A stretch of 63,990 nt of DNA, filler included, from Rhizaria sp. SCN 62-66 (GCA_001724265.1; 11 parts of 11 records of this genome joined end to end with filler, not necessarily neighbours in it); one strand, 5' to 3'. Counted from the first letter of the whole stretch, positions 21,701 to 35,130 are shown. Translations and numbers: made by a program. The notes: generated by a model from the letters alone, not told the origin.

Positions 21701-21960
21701 TGTTGGTCAGGCTCCCGCACTCGAGAAGCAGTGGACGGGAGCGAGATAATGTCTGAGGGCACTGTGAACACCATGCCTTGTGCAGTCGCCGCTGCGGTAA
21801 ACAAGTTGCCGTCAGCCAAATGCACGTCACCGGGCGCAGCGACAACGCTTGACGCGACAGCGCCGGACGTGACAGCGCTTAATGATGAGGAGGCAGAGCC
21901 GGTGGAGGTGCTCGCTTCTGGCTTCGCTGGGCGCGAACTGTGCAAGTTCATGCCGCTCAT
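18724..21960 (-). CDS. Crinkler/RHS-like protein (disordered N-terminus, coiled coil, P-loop NTPase, restriction-endonuclease-like domain); 1078 aa if its 7 in-frame TAG codons are sense
   Basis: Single frame from ATG 21960 to TGA 18724 with only TAG interruptions; IVLMGPAGTGKT, YLYD, AASPNPNNY, WSIEEL, GTPRLL, GEFFEQLV, AVDA and LLQVK match the CRN-type NTPase + REase layout. Confidence 0.75.
19017..19230 (-). repeat. Coding 12-bp minisatellite (AACGCCAAGGGC-like) encoding NAKG/NAKS/NATG
   Basis: Visible tandem gttgcccttggc / gttgcccttagc units on the + strand. Confidence 0.92.
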
Positions 21961-23007
21961 TGGTCACACGGTACACGTGAAGTTGAAAAGCAGAGGTTGG
22001 TAAGGCGATATAAAATGATATCGCAAGGGAACAGAGTAACAGCGAAGCAGGAGGACTGGGAGCTGGCGGGATTATGGGATTGTGAAGCTACGAGAGAGTT
22101 CGCGAAGCTGGTGGGAAAAAATGGTTTGGAAGAGGAAGGAACCCGTAAGTGAGAAAATGAAAGACATAGTCGGTTATGCGGTGAACACATTTCGGTATGG
22201 TAGTGAAAACAGATCTAATCCTGTGCGTGAAGTTGATTTACACATACTTCTCTTTCGCGAGTCGTAGCTGATGAAAAAAAATATTTTTTCGGAACCAACA
22301 GTCCTAAAAGCAAGGTACTATATTTTAGTGTGGGATTTCATCGCCATGGAGATCTCATTGAGTTGTCTTTATGGATCATTATAATTGTGCGGAATCGTTT
22401 TATCGGGAGTTATATTTGTACTATTTTGATTTAAACAACTTGAAATGTTTTGCTGTCCTCTCCAATGTCAGCATCGCTGCCGCCTCGCATGATGCCAAAG
22501 AAAACCTTGAATGAATGCAACTTCAGTCATGCAATCTTCAGCGCCAACAAAGTCGCTACTTTGGGCGGTTGCGGCAACAAGGTTTACGTCGAGCTTGATC
22601 CCCGCCTGAACGTCTTCGCCAACTGCTGGTGGGTCAAGGTCAGCACGGCAGCACTGCAGCGTGCTGGAACACCATTATGAAAGAGGAACGTGTCATTCTG
22701 CGATTAAGTCTTATCTCTGATAATATATTTCGGGCTCAAATATCGCGATTTTACGATTGGCAGCATCGGCGACCACATCGCGACTACCACAACAGGTCTC
22801 ACACGATGCGAATGATTCACTGTTTAGAAGGATTTCCTAATGTATGCAGCACATTTCAAGATTAAAACAATCGTTTAGTGACAGCTTAAAACGCAAAGTT
22901 AGATGTACTCCGGGTCGATTTTCTGTAACAAGTGCTATCTATTTTTGTTTATGTTTGTAGGTGTGTCGCTGCAGGTGTTATGAAAGCTGATTGAGGGGCA
23001 AATCTCG

Positions 23008-24264
23008 TTAAAGTTGTTGTTGCTGTGACCGAAGTTTGCGCTGGCGTAGCTGGCGGAGCCTGTCGTTCACCCCCAGCAGCAGCACAGACGTGTGCTGCAG
23101 CCGCAGCCGGAGCGAATAGTGGACCACATACACTGTCTTGCTGATAACATGATTCTCTGCATTGATGGGTGCGTTAACGCTGTCTGCCTATGCTGCCGTG
23201 TGTGCGTTGTTATTGGAGTGTTCAGATACGACAAGTTCGCGGGGACAAAAGATGGGTACACGCACACGGTCAACTGCAATCCTGCATTTGTTGGTCGCGT
23301 TTTCACTGCTCGTGCTCCTGTCGTCGTCGCAAATGCTGCTGAGCAGCCGCCTGCTGTTATTGTCGTCGCTGCTGGTGCTGCCAAAGTCGCCGCAGCTGTC
23401 CTGGTCATGGTTGTCGTTGTTGTTAGCATCACTGCCACTGCAGACAACATTAACTGCACCTCTGTGTGTGCCTTTATTAGCGCCAACGTGGCTGTTATTG
23501 CACGCACATGCGCCTGCAGTATCAGCTGCAATATCCACAGCCACGGCGCGTTCGCCGCTGTGGTCCGCAGTTGCCTTTGCATGATTGGGAATGTCATTGC
23601 TCTTATCGCCGCTAATGCTACTGTCACTGCCACTGTCACCTTTATTGCTGACAATATAGTTCGCTCGAGAGCTATAAATGTTGCCGTCGGTGTTACAAAT
23701 GCCGTTTAAACTGCTGTTCAGACTGCTGATGATGCTCTCAAGCTCGTCCGCGCCGCCCCACCCCGCCCGCTCACAGTCAATCACGGTCACCGTTGCAGTT
23801 GCAGCCGCAGCAGTCGCGGTAGAGTCAAGCTTCGGCATCGGCTGCTGTTGCTTCAGGTCTAATATGGACGGCAGTGGCACTAGATTGCGCACCCACGACA
23901 ACGCGAGCCCCACAATGCCGACATGCGCGTTGGCAGCAATCCTCGCGGTCGTCACCTCGCGCCCAACGCTCGGCGCCGCAGCCGCAACCGCGGGCGTAGT
24001 CACAGCTTCCGCATCAGCAGCAGCTGCATTGCCAGCGCCAGCGCGAGTGCCGGTGACGCGGGCGGCGGCGGCCGCGGCGGTGGCGGCGACGCGCGCGGCC
24101 GCGGCGCGGGCCTGGGTGCCAGCGCGGCCCGGGACGGTGCGGCGGCGGAATTAGCATTAACACTTGCACTCGCACTCGCACTCGCACTCACAATGGCCGT
24201 GGCAGTGGATGCGGATGTGGAGCTGATGAGCGAATTAGCTTTGTGTATATATTGCATGAAGAAC
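23008..24264 (-). pseudogene. Frameshifted fragment of a low-complexity host-type gene
   Basis: Ala/Ser/Asn-rich coding style changes frame near 24150-24100; the downstream frame passes a TAG at 23190-23188 and continues about 60 codons to TAA at 23010-23008. Confidence 0.45.
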
Positions 24265-24457
24265 TGAGGTATACGAGATATCATGCATGTGTGGCAAGGT
24301 ATATGGACTTCTCGCGTGCAATGTAGGAGGTGTGATCAAATAATCGCTCGAGAAGGCNNNNNNNNNNNNNNNNNNNNNNNNNNNNNNNNNNNNNNNNNNN
24401 NTTAATTAATTAANNNNNNNNNNNNNNNNNNNNNNNNNNNNNNNNNNNNNNNNNNNN

Positions 24458-25463
24458 GCTCTTCTGGATCCTGCCGCGCCACTTCAACCTCTTCTGTTTC
24501 CGTCACCAGGACGTCTTTGCGCGCATGCGCTCCAAGATGCGCTCGTGGCTCATCATTCTGTACGCGCTCTTCCTCCTCTACCCAATCGTGTCCAGCACGA
24601 TTCTCAACCACTACGTGTGCAAGACGATCCGCGACTCGGAGAACGCGTACTCGTTCCTGCTCGTCGACCTCTCGGTAACGTGCAAGACCGACACTTGGTG
24701 GCTCTTTGCCTATGTTGGCATTCCGCTCATCTTGCTCTACCCCATCGGTATCCCGGCCTTCTTCCTGTACTTGCTCTACACGCACCGCAAGCAGCTGCAC
24801 ATGAGCCAGGTCCAAGCCCAGTTCGGATTTCTCTACGCCGGTTACCGCGACGCCACGTGGTGGTGGGAGCTTGCCGATTCGTTCCACAAGCTCATCCAGA
24901 CCTCGATTCTTGCTTTCTTCCCGCTGCTTGTCCAGCTGCCCTTCGGCATGGGCGTCGCGATCGTGTATCTCATGGCCATCCTGCTCTTCAACCCGTACCT
25001 GCGCAAGGAAGACGACGCGCTCGCGATGCTGTGCCAGAACTTGATCTTCCTGCTTATGCTCGCCGGCTACTTCTTCCAGATTGAGGGCAACGTCAAGCTC
25101 TCGACATCCGAGGACGTGGGCATGACGCTGTGCTTGCTGTTCGCCGCGGGCGTGTTTTTTGCCGCGTTCCTCTACTTTATCGGCCGCGCGCTGGTGCTCA
25201 TGATCAAGGAGCTGCGCGACAAATACTGCCCCAACAAGCGCGCGCCCAAGGACCTCGGTGCGCTGCAGACCGCGGACACCAACACCGACGCCGACAACAT
25301 GGTTGTTGAGGAGATCATATCTTCGGACGACGATGATGATGACGGCGACAAGGCCGACGAGACGCAGGACGACGACGATGATGAGAGCCTTGGCGCGAGC
25401 GACACGCTCAGCTCCGCGTCTTCAAGCTCTGGCTCCGAGTCCGGCTCGGGCTCGGACGACTAA
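24458..25463 (+). CDS. C-terminal part of a multi-pass membrane protein (TRP_C-like/protist 7TM family) with acidic tail; 5' truncated
   Basis: About seven hydrophobic segments; DLSVTCKTDTWW, YPIGIP, FGFLYAGY, WWWELAD..K, NPYL; stop TAA. Confidence 0.8.
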
Positions 25464-27932
25464 AGCTCGTATGCGCCGTGCCGTTGCCAGCTGCGAGACA
25501 AGCAACAATGGAGTGCTGTATTCAAGATGTAGTTGACGCCATTTCCTTCGTCGTTCGAAGACGAAGGAAACTTGATTTGGTGGTGTCACTCAGCTTGAGA
25601 CTCCGCTGTGCTGGTAAAAACAGCTTTATGGCTTCCGTTGCATTCATTACATAAGTTTTCTTGTATGGGTGTTTGATCACTCCTTTCTTACTTCATCATA
25701 TGTTGATGTATTTGTGACTGCATCTCTCTTTTTGTAGAGTGTCTTGTTGTCCTTCAGTGTTCAAATTACCCATGATTTGTTGTTCATGTCACGAAATTGT
25801 TAATCTTCTTGATTGATTCTGATATTAATGATTTTTGCTTTACGTGTAGATTAGATGTAGCACTCCTATTTTGTTAGTTAGTGTCGTATTCGATTAGAAA
25901 AGTTGTATATGTGTTATTGTCTGTTAGATGTTCTTTTGCAGTGCTGTGCTGCTTACGTTCTATTTGTACTCGTACAAGTCGTTCGAAATAATGATGCATT
26001 TCTTTGTCCTTTATCATTGCGGACAATGTGTATTGATTGTTACTTTGAGTAATACTTTGTTCTTCCTGCCCACCTTCATATATGAGCAATTTTCCGCCAA
26101 CTTAGTCAGCGTAACAAAAAAAGACACGCTCCTCGGATCCCTGCTCATTCATGAACTTCACTCGCTAAGAGAAGTGTATAGGAGCGGCTCTTATACATCT
26201 GTCTTCTATCGGTTGATTCGCTATAAGTCAGCGTACACATACACGCGTAAAATGCCGCGCGTACGAAGGCTTTTGAACCATTGCACGCAAGGTTGAAGTC
26301 CTTCTTTCACCATCGGCCGCGGTGAAGATGAAAGACACCCTTCTTCCTCGTCGTCGTTTTTCTTCTCTGTGGGAGTAATATTACTCGTGAGACATTTTCA
26401 TTGTACTACTGCTACTTTTTCACGTCGTCTGTGTTCGGCAACATATTACAATCACCCTTAGCTTGACAAGCGTCGTTCGTCTCCAAAATACATTATGGAT
26501 TATTGTTGTCAAACGTGTACAAAACAGCAGATAGTAAAATATCTATTTATACCCCCCTATTTTACTATCTGCTAAACGTATTAATATTCGGGTTAATATC
26601 ATTTGTTTCGCTGATACGCGTTTGAATCTCGCACCCCACCCTCCTTGTTATCCCTCGCGTCGACCTGGACACCATCGCAGGGGCCAGTGTCAGCGATGTT
26701 GTCGCCAACTTTGTCGAACAACAAGCTCTTGCTGCCATTACTCTGGTAACTCGTGACTTGCCGCTGCTGCGATCGTTGCTTTTTGCACGAATGTTCATGC
26801 TCCAGTGTTTGAGCAATTACGATTCGATCGAAAGCTTAGTTTGCTTTTCCGTCTTTGTCACGGTCGCTGCGCTTAGCAGTAGGGCAAAAGTCCTCGAGGA
26901 GCCAAATGCATTGGTCTTGAGATATGATATATCCAAAGATATCTGATTATATTGAACAGCCAAACACTTTAGTTCACGACGATTTGTACTCGATTACACG
27001 TTTTTTAAATGCATAATTTTTTGGTTTGCATTGTTTGGACTTGTGCTAGAACACACAACTAGGACTGTGCATAGCTTACGAAATAGGTATTATTGCAATT
27101 ATTGCGATTATGTTTTCGTGTATTGAAGCCATACATACTATTTTGCGTCCTACTTAGTCTCATGATTGACCTTGGTGAGCAATTTCACCCATGCCTGCGA
27201 CTGCTGCCGCGTTTGTTCAAGTCACGCATTAGGCATGATATGGCACGTGAAACATATCCGTTTGTTGCGCTTTATACCTATACTGAAATTACTTTGAAGT
27301 TTTATGTGAATGGGCGATACAGTTGATTATTAGTCAGACCAGAAGAAAACTGTTGTAATGCCTTTGAATTTGGAAGTGTTGGTGACGTCAAAATCCAATT
27401 TGTGGTGACAACGACAACGCGTGACATTGGATATCAGTTTGTCGATTCATCTCGAAGCTAAGATGAACGACAAGGAAGAAAGCAGCAAGATAAAGAGCAA
27501 TCAAACACAATATCACAAATTGATACCAAAAGTATCAATTTCGAACTGCACCTGACCCGCTCCCAGTAGTTTCTCAGTCGACGACGGGGCTTAACTTTCC
27601 GATTGCCGGGCGCCTCCGGATGGGAACGAGTTGACGAGGCCAGATCCAAAAAACAGTCCCAGTGTTGTTCCACGTCATCGTTTGTGTACTGTAAATGTGG
27701 CGGGCGCAAATTACTCGATGAATTTTAACACCTACTTTTTTTGTTTGACAACAACACCGTCCTCGTCGTTGTTTCAAAAGGTGGTGGAGTCCGCAAAGAC
27801 CATGCCGTTTCGCGCCGGTTCGTCTCCTTTCGAGCCCTTTTCCTCGACTTCCTTCTCACTCCTTCAATCTATTCATGCTCATTTGTATTCTCAAAACGGT
27901 TGAACATATACCACCATTAGTTCGTTTTTCGA

Positions 27933-29656
27933 ATGAACCCTTCGTACAACCCGTACGGTGGCGGCGCGCCGATGGCCCCCCACGGCCAGGTTGCCGCCCA
28001 GCCCAGCCAGTACAACTACGGCGCCCCGCCCCCGGGCCACGGCCACGGCCACGGTCATGGCCACGGCCACCCCCAGGGTCCTCCTCCTGGCGGCTACCCG
28101 GGTCAGTACAACCAGCCTGCGGCAGCGAACGCGTTCGTGAACTCGACGTCGTCCGAGGCCTTCGGCGCCCTCGCCATGGGCTACCCGAACCACCCGTGGG
28201 AGTGCTCGGCCTGTCTCTTCGTCAACATGAACCCCGACCGCATGGACTGCGAGCGCTGCGACTCGACGCGCCCGCCGCTCAACGTCGGCGAGGCTAACTT
28301 CGCCATGCGCAACCAGCAGTACTACTGGGGCCGCTCCGGCTGGGAGAAGGAGGGAGGCGAGAACGCCGACGCCGCCGCGGGCGCTGCCGCCGCGGGCACC
28401 GAGCCTGCCGCTGCGGGCGCTGCCGCAGCCGCCGAGGGCGGCAGCGGCGCCGTGGTGTCCCCCGACGCGACCGCGGGCGCGGCTGCCGCGGCCTCTGGCT
28501 CGAACGCGGCTGCGCACTTGGCCGCGCAGCCCTCGGAGCGCGGCCCCGGCATGCGCGGCCCTCCTCCCGCGGGCTCCTCGCGCTGGGACCCCAACGCGGG
28601 CGGCGCCAAGGACTCGGCCGACACGTCCGGCGTGCTCTGTCTCTCGCAGGACATGTTCCAGATGCTCCTCGCGGCCGGTCTCGGCGGGTACCAGATCTTC
28701 AAAATCGTGATGGCGACAATGCTGTCCGTCTTCGTTCCCCAGAGCTGCCCCGACATGGTCGGCACCATCGAGCTACCGACCTCGCACGACTGCACCATCA
28801 CGGAGAACTTCACCGACCTGACTAACTTTAACACCGGTGTGCTCGTGTTCAATTTCGTTACGCTCGGCTTTGCTCTCATCCACCAGTTCGCCGTCTTTGC
28901 GCGCGAGAAGAAGCTCATCCAGGTACGCACACAAATATCGTTCAAATTCTGTTTATGTGAAACATGTTTTTTTCGTAAACGCCATGTAGTTTCGTATCGC
29001 CAGCTACTATCTGATCTCCTGTCACAATGCCCACATCTCTGCCTCTTGATATCTAAACTCTAAACTTGATGTTCTTTTCTTTTTCCCACCAGGTGCTCGA
29101 CGAGGATCCGTCCGTGACGAACGACTACCTAGTGCGCGAAGACCGCAAGGGCCGCAAGGTGATCGAGATGTACCCGCACGTCGCCCGCAACATTAACCGC
29201 AGCAACGGCTGGACGCTGATCACGTCCACCATGATCCTGGCCTGCTTCTTCGTCAACGCCATCATCTCTGCCATCCTGGTGTTCCGCGACTACTACGCCG
29301 GCTTCCGTACCGTCACCACTTTCCTGACGAACGTGTTCCTGATGATCCAGGTCTTCTTCAACCACTGGAACCTGTCGCGCGTCGGCTGGAAGTCGGGCGT
29401 TGCATACTCCTTCTTCAAGTCTGACCCCTCCGTGTACAACAACATCGACCGCTCCCTCCGCTCGGACCCCGCGTATTTCGTGCCGCGCAAGCCTGCTGCC
29501 GGCGGAGAGGGCGAGGGCAACGGCCCGCGCCGCAACGGCTCCGGCCGCCGCGAGAACGGCGAGGGCGTCGAGATGACCGACGCGGCCGCCGCGTCCCCCA
29601 CCTCGGCCAACGCGGCCCCCGTCAAGGCTACGCTCGTCACCGCGCCCCCCGCGTAA
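27933..29656 (+). CDS. RanBP2-type zinc finger + multi-pass membrane domain protein; exons 27933-28922 and 29093-29656, about 517 aa
   Basis: WECSACLFVNMNPDRMDCERC finger; Pro/Gly/Tyr/Gln-rich N-terminus; about four TM segments; phase-0 GTACG...CCAG intron; stop TAA. Confidence 0.85.
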
Positions 29657-30316
29657 GGCGGGCGCGATAGGGCTTAGTGAGCGATCGGCTAACGCTGTCG
29701 TGCGAGCTGCATTTGCGCTAACCTCGTTGTTGCGCGAGATTTGAGTTGCCGCTCGCAAAGCTGGAGGCCAATTCGTATCTGTTTTCTTATTTTGTTATTC
29801 TGCTTTTTATTTTTCGTTGTCACCGTACTTTGCTCTTTTCCTAAACCTCCATCATTTCGAATTGTATCACTAGTGTGCTGCCTTCTTATTTTGTTTTCTG
29901 AAACTGTCGTGCTTTCTTGTCTGTCCAGTCCAACAACAAACCGTGGAAGTGACCCGTGAGCGTCTTTTGATTGGCATTGTCGTTCTCAAGGCTTAGATAT
30001 GAAAACTGTACTCATCTTTGCTTACATAACGTCAATGACGTCGCGCCAAAAGGACAAAAAACAAAAACACACTTTATTATTCTGTGGCCTCGAGTGCTGT
30101 GGCTATTTTTCCCCTCCTATAGTAGTATATATTTAAGCGGACTATAACTCACACGAACAAAAATGAACTATCGCATAAGTCATCATAACTCAGTCACGAT
30201 CATAACTCAGTCACTGNNNNNNNNNNNNNNNNNNNNNNNNNNNNNNNNNNNNNNNNNNNNTTAATTAATTAANNNNNNNNNNNNNNNNNNNNNNNNNNNN
30301 NNNNNNNNNNNNNNNN

Positions 30317-31098
30317 AAGTCGGCAACGTGTCCGCCGCCGCAGCCGACGCCGCCGCCGCAGCCGGTCGCAGAGGATCGGAAGACCCCGTGCAGGGCGTCA
30401 TACGCGGCCTCGCGAGCGTTGCGGTCGCTCTCCACACCGGCCGAACGGCGCTGTAGCACGCCGCGAAGCAGCGGGACAAAGCCCGCGGCGGTGGTGCGGG
30501 GCGCGGGGACGCCATGCGAGCAGAGAGTGGCGACAGCGCCGCAGAGCATGTCGATGTAGCGGGCGTCGGTGGCCTCGGTGTCATCGCTGTTAATGTAGTT
30601 GTGACTATGCGTGCGGCGCACGTATGCGAGCAGGTCCAGCAGTACAGCGTGCCTGGTGGAGGCAAGAACAAATGGGGACATCGCGATCACGCGCACAAGG
30701 CGAAGCAAGCGGAGTGACAACGAACGCGTCGTCGTGTCCCGGCCAGGGTGTGCAAGCAGGCGGCTAACTTGCTCAATCGCACCGCTTTGAGCAAGCAAGA
30801 AGCAGCCCTGGGTGTCATAGAAACAGTCCAACCCACAGCCAGCAATGGTTTCAAACAGCTCAATGATGGCCTCGAATCGCTGTTGCGCAGTCGCATCACC
30901 CCTGCTGTTAGTGTTAAGTGACCTGGCAAGCGCGGAAATGACGCCGCTTTCGAGCACCACAGTCCAGAACGTTGCAAGGCGGAAGCGCTGGGTAATAATG
31001 CCTTTAAACTCTGCCAGTTCCGAGGAGCTTACTAATGCCAAGCTTTTTATCGGGATAAACGCGGCATTGAGACGATAGAGAAGCTCGTTTTCGGACAT
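30317..31098 (-). CDS. Hypothetical helical (possibly ARM/HEAT-like) protein, 3' truncated
   Basis: Open frame from ATG 31098 to the contig end; VLESGVISALARSL and LAQSGAIEQVSRLL resemble armadillo repeats. Confidence 0.5.
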
Positions 31099-32736
31099 TC
31101 AATCGTCAATCCGTTGTCGATAAAGGAACGTACGGAGCGGTCAAAGTCACAGTTGTGATTGGTGTGCTGGTTGCTTGCGTATCGAATACTGCTCGAACAA
31201 CAAGAGAAATGTGGTGATTGCGACTCAGATGCCAGAAAACGAACTCGCTTGGAGTAACTGCGAGAGGTTTTGAGGAGAGATTTAACCAAGAAGGGTGAAG
31301 AATAATTGATTGTGAGTTTGATAAAGGAAGACAGGGGATTTGGTGGGCTAGAATATGCTCAGACAGGGATATTAATACTGTTATCTGTGTCACAAAGGCA
31401 AAGATTGACACAAAGGTGCGTGAAATGAGTGTTATATGCTCATTAAACGCCATCCGCAAGGCGCAATCGAACGGCTCAGAGTTCGTTGATCTCCAAGATG
31501 TCATTGAGAGGATAAATCGGGTGAACTAGAAAAATATTTAAGAATCTACATACTGAAATAATAGAAAACTTATGTCAAAGAACATCAGCCGAGTTGACGC
31601 AGCCGATAAAGCACTAGCATTGGTTCGAGCACCTTGCCAACCGAGGATGCTTGCCACCACAAGATCCCTGAAGACAAGCACCTCGCCAGTGTTCGTCTAG
31701 GAAATGCGTGGTATCGGATATCAAGATAGCAATAAGACATATTGACGTGATATCATTACTTTTTGCTTTTGCGGATTGCTAGGTTGCTCTCTGGTATGCG
31801 CAATGAGGTGTGACTTGATGTACTGACAGACCTGCCTCGACGAAGAGCGATCAAGCGTGGGTCTCGGGACCGATAGTCATGCGATATCTTTGCTGCTCCC
31901 ATAATCAGTGCTGACAAACGCCTACTGGGGACGCGGGCATTAAGGGCACGCTGCTGGTGGCCTTCGGTGACTGACGAGTTAGGCACCGGTACACTACTGA
32001 GGACAGCGAGCTCCCCTATCAAAAGCGAACTCAGAACTGTCCGCGCGCTTGCACTGAGATGCGCGACTTGAATTTGCTCCCTCTTCAGTGACCAGTGCCA
32101 ATATCCTAGGTTCTATAGAGCTCCTTATACCCCAAAATAAAATGAAACCTCCAAATTGTGATCACAAGGCGTGTCAGCAACTCCGCAAGACTGCGTCACA
32201 TAAGACGGAAATCAGGTCACACATGCGCAGATTCGAACTTCATGTAAAAAAACTAAAAAAAAAAGAAGAAAGAACATACAATGTAAGTTTTTTTTCTTAT
32301 ATTGTTTTTCATACTTAATTTGAATACCTGGCACTCATATCACTCAATATTGAGCTTGAAAAAAGCTGAACGGTTAAAATTGGGGTGGGACAATGCATGC
32401 AACATCTAGATTCAACAGCTACACTGCACCCAAATGGCATTCAAACATATTACATGAATGACACCCAAAAGGTTTCTCATCAATAGAAAGCATTATAAAG
32501 GAACATTGAGATTCAAAGAGCTAAAGATTCGGACAAGTGCAGCAATCAGGTGAAAACAATTTCATGGTTGCTAAAGCCATATAGATGCGATTCGAAACAC
32601 ATGGAGAAACCAGGGTGAATTTAGCATGCAAAAATAACAACAACATGCACTCAAAATTCTGCGCGGTGATAAAGCGTACGTGAATGGAGAAATCTTGACT
32701 GATATATGCGCCCAGGTTCGGTCATGCGAGCACAAG

Positions 32737-35130
32737 TCATACTTGTGTGGCAAGCCTTGCTGGGTTTGCAGCAATTGGGGGCGTTGCGGAGCGGCTGCGC
32801 TGCGCAGTGCTAAATGATACTGGGCCAAATCCCTGCGCCGACGGCGGCCGTGGGCTCATGACCGGTGTGTTTGCCGCTGGCAGCACCGAGCTCGGGCCCA
32901 GAGCAGCAGCTGTGTGTCCAGTCTGGCTGCGAGGGGGCACAGGCAAGAACGTCCCAACGCAAGAACTGCTTTCGTCAGCTCCAGTCGGGCTCGCCGTGAT
33001 GCTGCGCGCCCGCACAGGCGCGCCTGTCACTGGCACAGTACGCGCAGGCTGTGCCACAGTGCTGCCCGGAGCGCCCAGTTCCGCACGCGCTGCGCTCGTG
33101 TTTGCAGCCGACGGCGCGCCGCAGCCGGCGCGGCGCGGCGCCGGCTGCGGCGGTGACCGCGGCGGCATCAATGACGAGCGCAACAATAACACCGGCGAGA
33201 GGGGCGAGATGGGTGCGAGCAAACCGCCGGCGGGCAGCTGCGGCTGCGGCTGCACCGGCGGCTGCGGCAAGGCAGCGGCGCGCCCAGCGGCGTCCGCACT
33301 GGCGCCACAGCCGGGCGTACTGGTGGTTGCGCGGGCGACTGCAAACGGCCTCGGGCGCGCAGTCTCGGGGCCGAGCGCGACGGCAGCCGCTGCGCCGCTG
33401 AGAGTCCCGTCGGCAAAGCTCGCGGCGGGAGCAAGGGGACTTGTGCGGAGACCAAGACTTGGGCTTGCGCTTGCGCTAGCGGCACCGGCAACGGAGGCGC
33501 TTGAGCTTGGGCTCCGGCTGGCGTAGAGGCTTCGCGCAGTCATAAGACTGCCGGCTCCAAGGAGACCCACGGTGCTGGCAGCCACGCTGGCGCTCGGGCT
33601 TCCGGCCGCGTTCCGAACAGGACCGCCAACGCAGAGTCTGAGATCAGCACCGTCGGCCTTCACACTGCCGGTTGACGCATACACAGGACTTGGACCCGCC
33701 GCACCGCTGCTATTACTGCCGCTTCTGCTCGGGACAATGCTCGGAAGCGTAGTCGGCGCCAGGCGCGCACGCAGAAAGCCAGCGTTTAAATCCGTTGATC
33801 TCTGCAAAGCTGTGCTACGCATTGAATGTGAAGAGTCAGTCAGTGTCCTATTTGTGGCGGTTTCCGCTCCTTCCGGTTGTGTTCCACCGAGGATAGATGT
33901 CAAGCGAACCCCGACACTGTTGGTTATGCTCCGGGCAGCCACAGGCGCGGCCGCGGCGGCTTTGGGCCCGAACTGCGGGGCCGCAACCGGAACGCCAAGG
34001 GCCAGCGCCGCGGTGCGCAGACCGAGCATCCGCTGCGCATATACCGCTTCGCGCTGCGCCTCGCGCTGCGCCGCGCCGTGCGTCGCGCCGCTCGCCACGC
34101 TCGGCGCCGCAGCGTTAGTGTTGACCAATGTCCGCGCTGCCGTCGCAACTGCGCCCGCAGCGGCGCCAGTGCGCGGCGAGAGAGGCGCTGCTGACGCAAC
34201 ATGCCGTGATCCGCTCTTGGCGGGCAGCGCAGTCGCCGTCACAGCCACCGCTCCTGAGGTGGGTGACACAGATGAGGAATGCAACCGAGCGACATTCGCG
34301 GCCACCGCCGTCGCAACAGTATCTTTATGCACAGAGACAGAGTCAGTCGTTACCAGAGGCCGGGACGGCATCGCGCGCGTGTCAGTTGCTCCAGACGCCA
34401 CCTTGGTGTCGTTCATGCGTTGGGCAGGTGATTCAGATTGAAAGCTTTCCAACTTCATCGCATTAACCTTTGCAGCTGCGGCGATGACATCGGCAGCGGC
34501 GGTAGCTGCAGCCGTCCTATCAACAGCAATATTAACAGCAACGGGAGTGATCAAATAACGCTCATCGCAACCAGTAGTCATCGTGTCAGTCAGCTGCGAC
34601 AGGCGGCGGAACACAAACTCGGATGCGCAGTCGCTCTGGCAGTAGCGTGGGTCAGGAATTGAGTCGGAGCCGGAGTCTGAGTCTGAGCCTGAGTTTTGAT
34701 CGCGAGAGCGAGAGCGATTACTCAGCGGGTGGAGGAACGATGCGAGGTAGGCCGACAGCTTGGGAAGCCCCGAAAGAAGCTGGACATGCACGGCTGCAAA
34801 GAGGCGAAAGCGAGCAAGCTGAAACAGCGCCTCTGCAGCAGTTGCGCGTTCAATGTCTTCAAAGCTGAGTAAGGATGGGAGGATTAAGCCGACAACATCG
34901 TGCGCGCCCAAAGCGTCGTTGATGCTGCTGTCGAGCTAAGCTGTGTCAGAGTTTTTAGTATCGATTGACAAGCGCACAGAAGCCATCAGTCGAAGAGCCG
35001 GCACAAAGCATACCAGGGGACTGCCTGGTGTGGCTGATGGGTAGCAAGTCGCAAGTAGACTCGTCACTGAGGCGAGATTCTGCAGCTGCTACTCGGCACC
35101 CGATGCCGCCCTCGCATTGTGCGGCATCAT
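32737..35130 (-). CDS. Large Ala/Ser/Pro-rich protein with helical N-terminus; two in-frame TAG codons
   Basis: The 724-aa ORF frame extends upstream through TAG 34938-34936 and TAG 35091-35089 to ATG 35130, just after a CAG acceptor at 35135; stop TGA. Confidence 0.6.

Noticed and set aside
25542..25570. 11-bp perfect hairpin in a 3' UTR
   Set aside because: Isolated, with no SECIS or other known motif; could be chance.
30182..30214. Two 17-bp tandem units at a contig end
   Set aside because: Too short to call; probably the edge of a minisatellite that broke the assembly.
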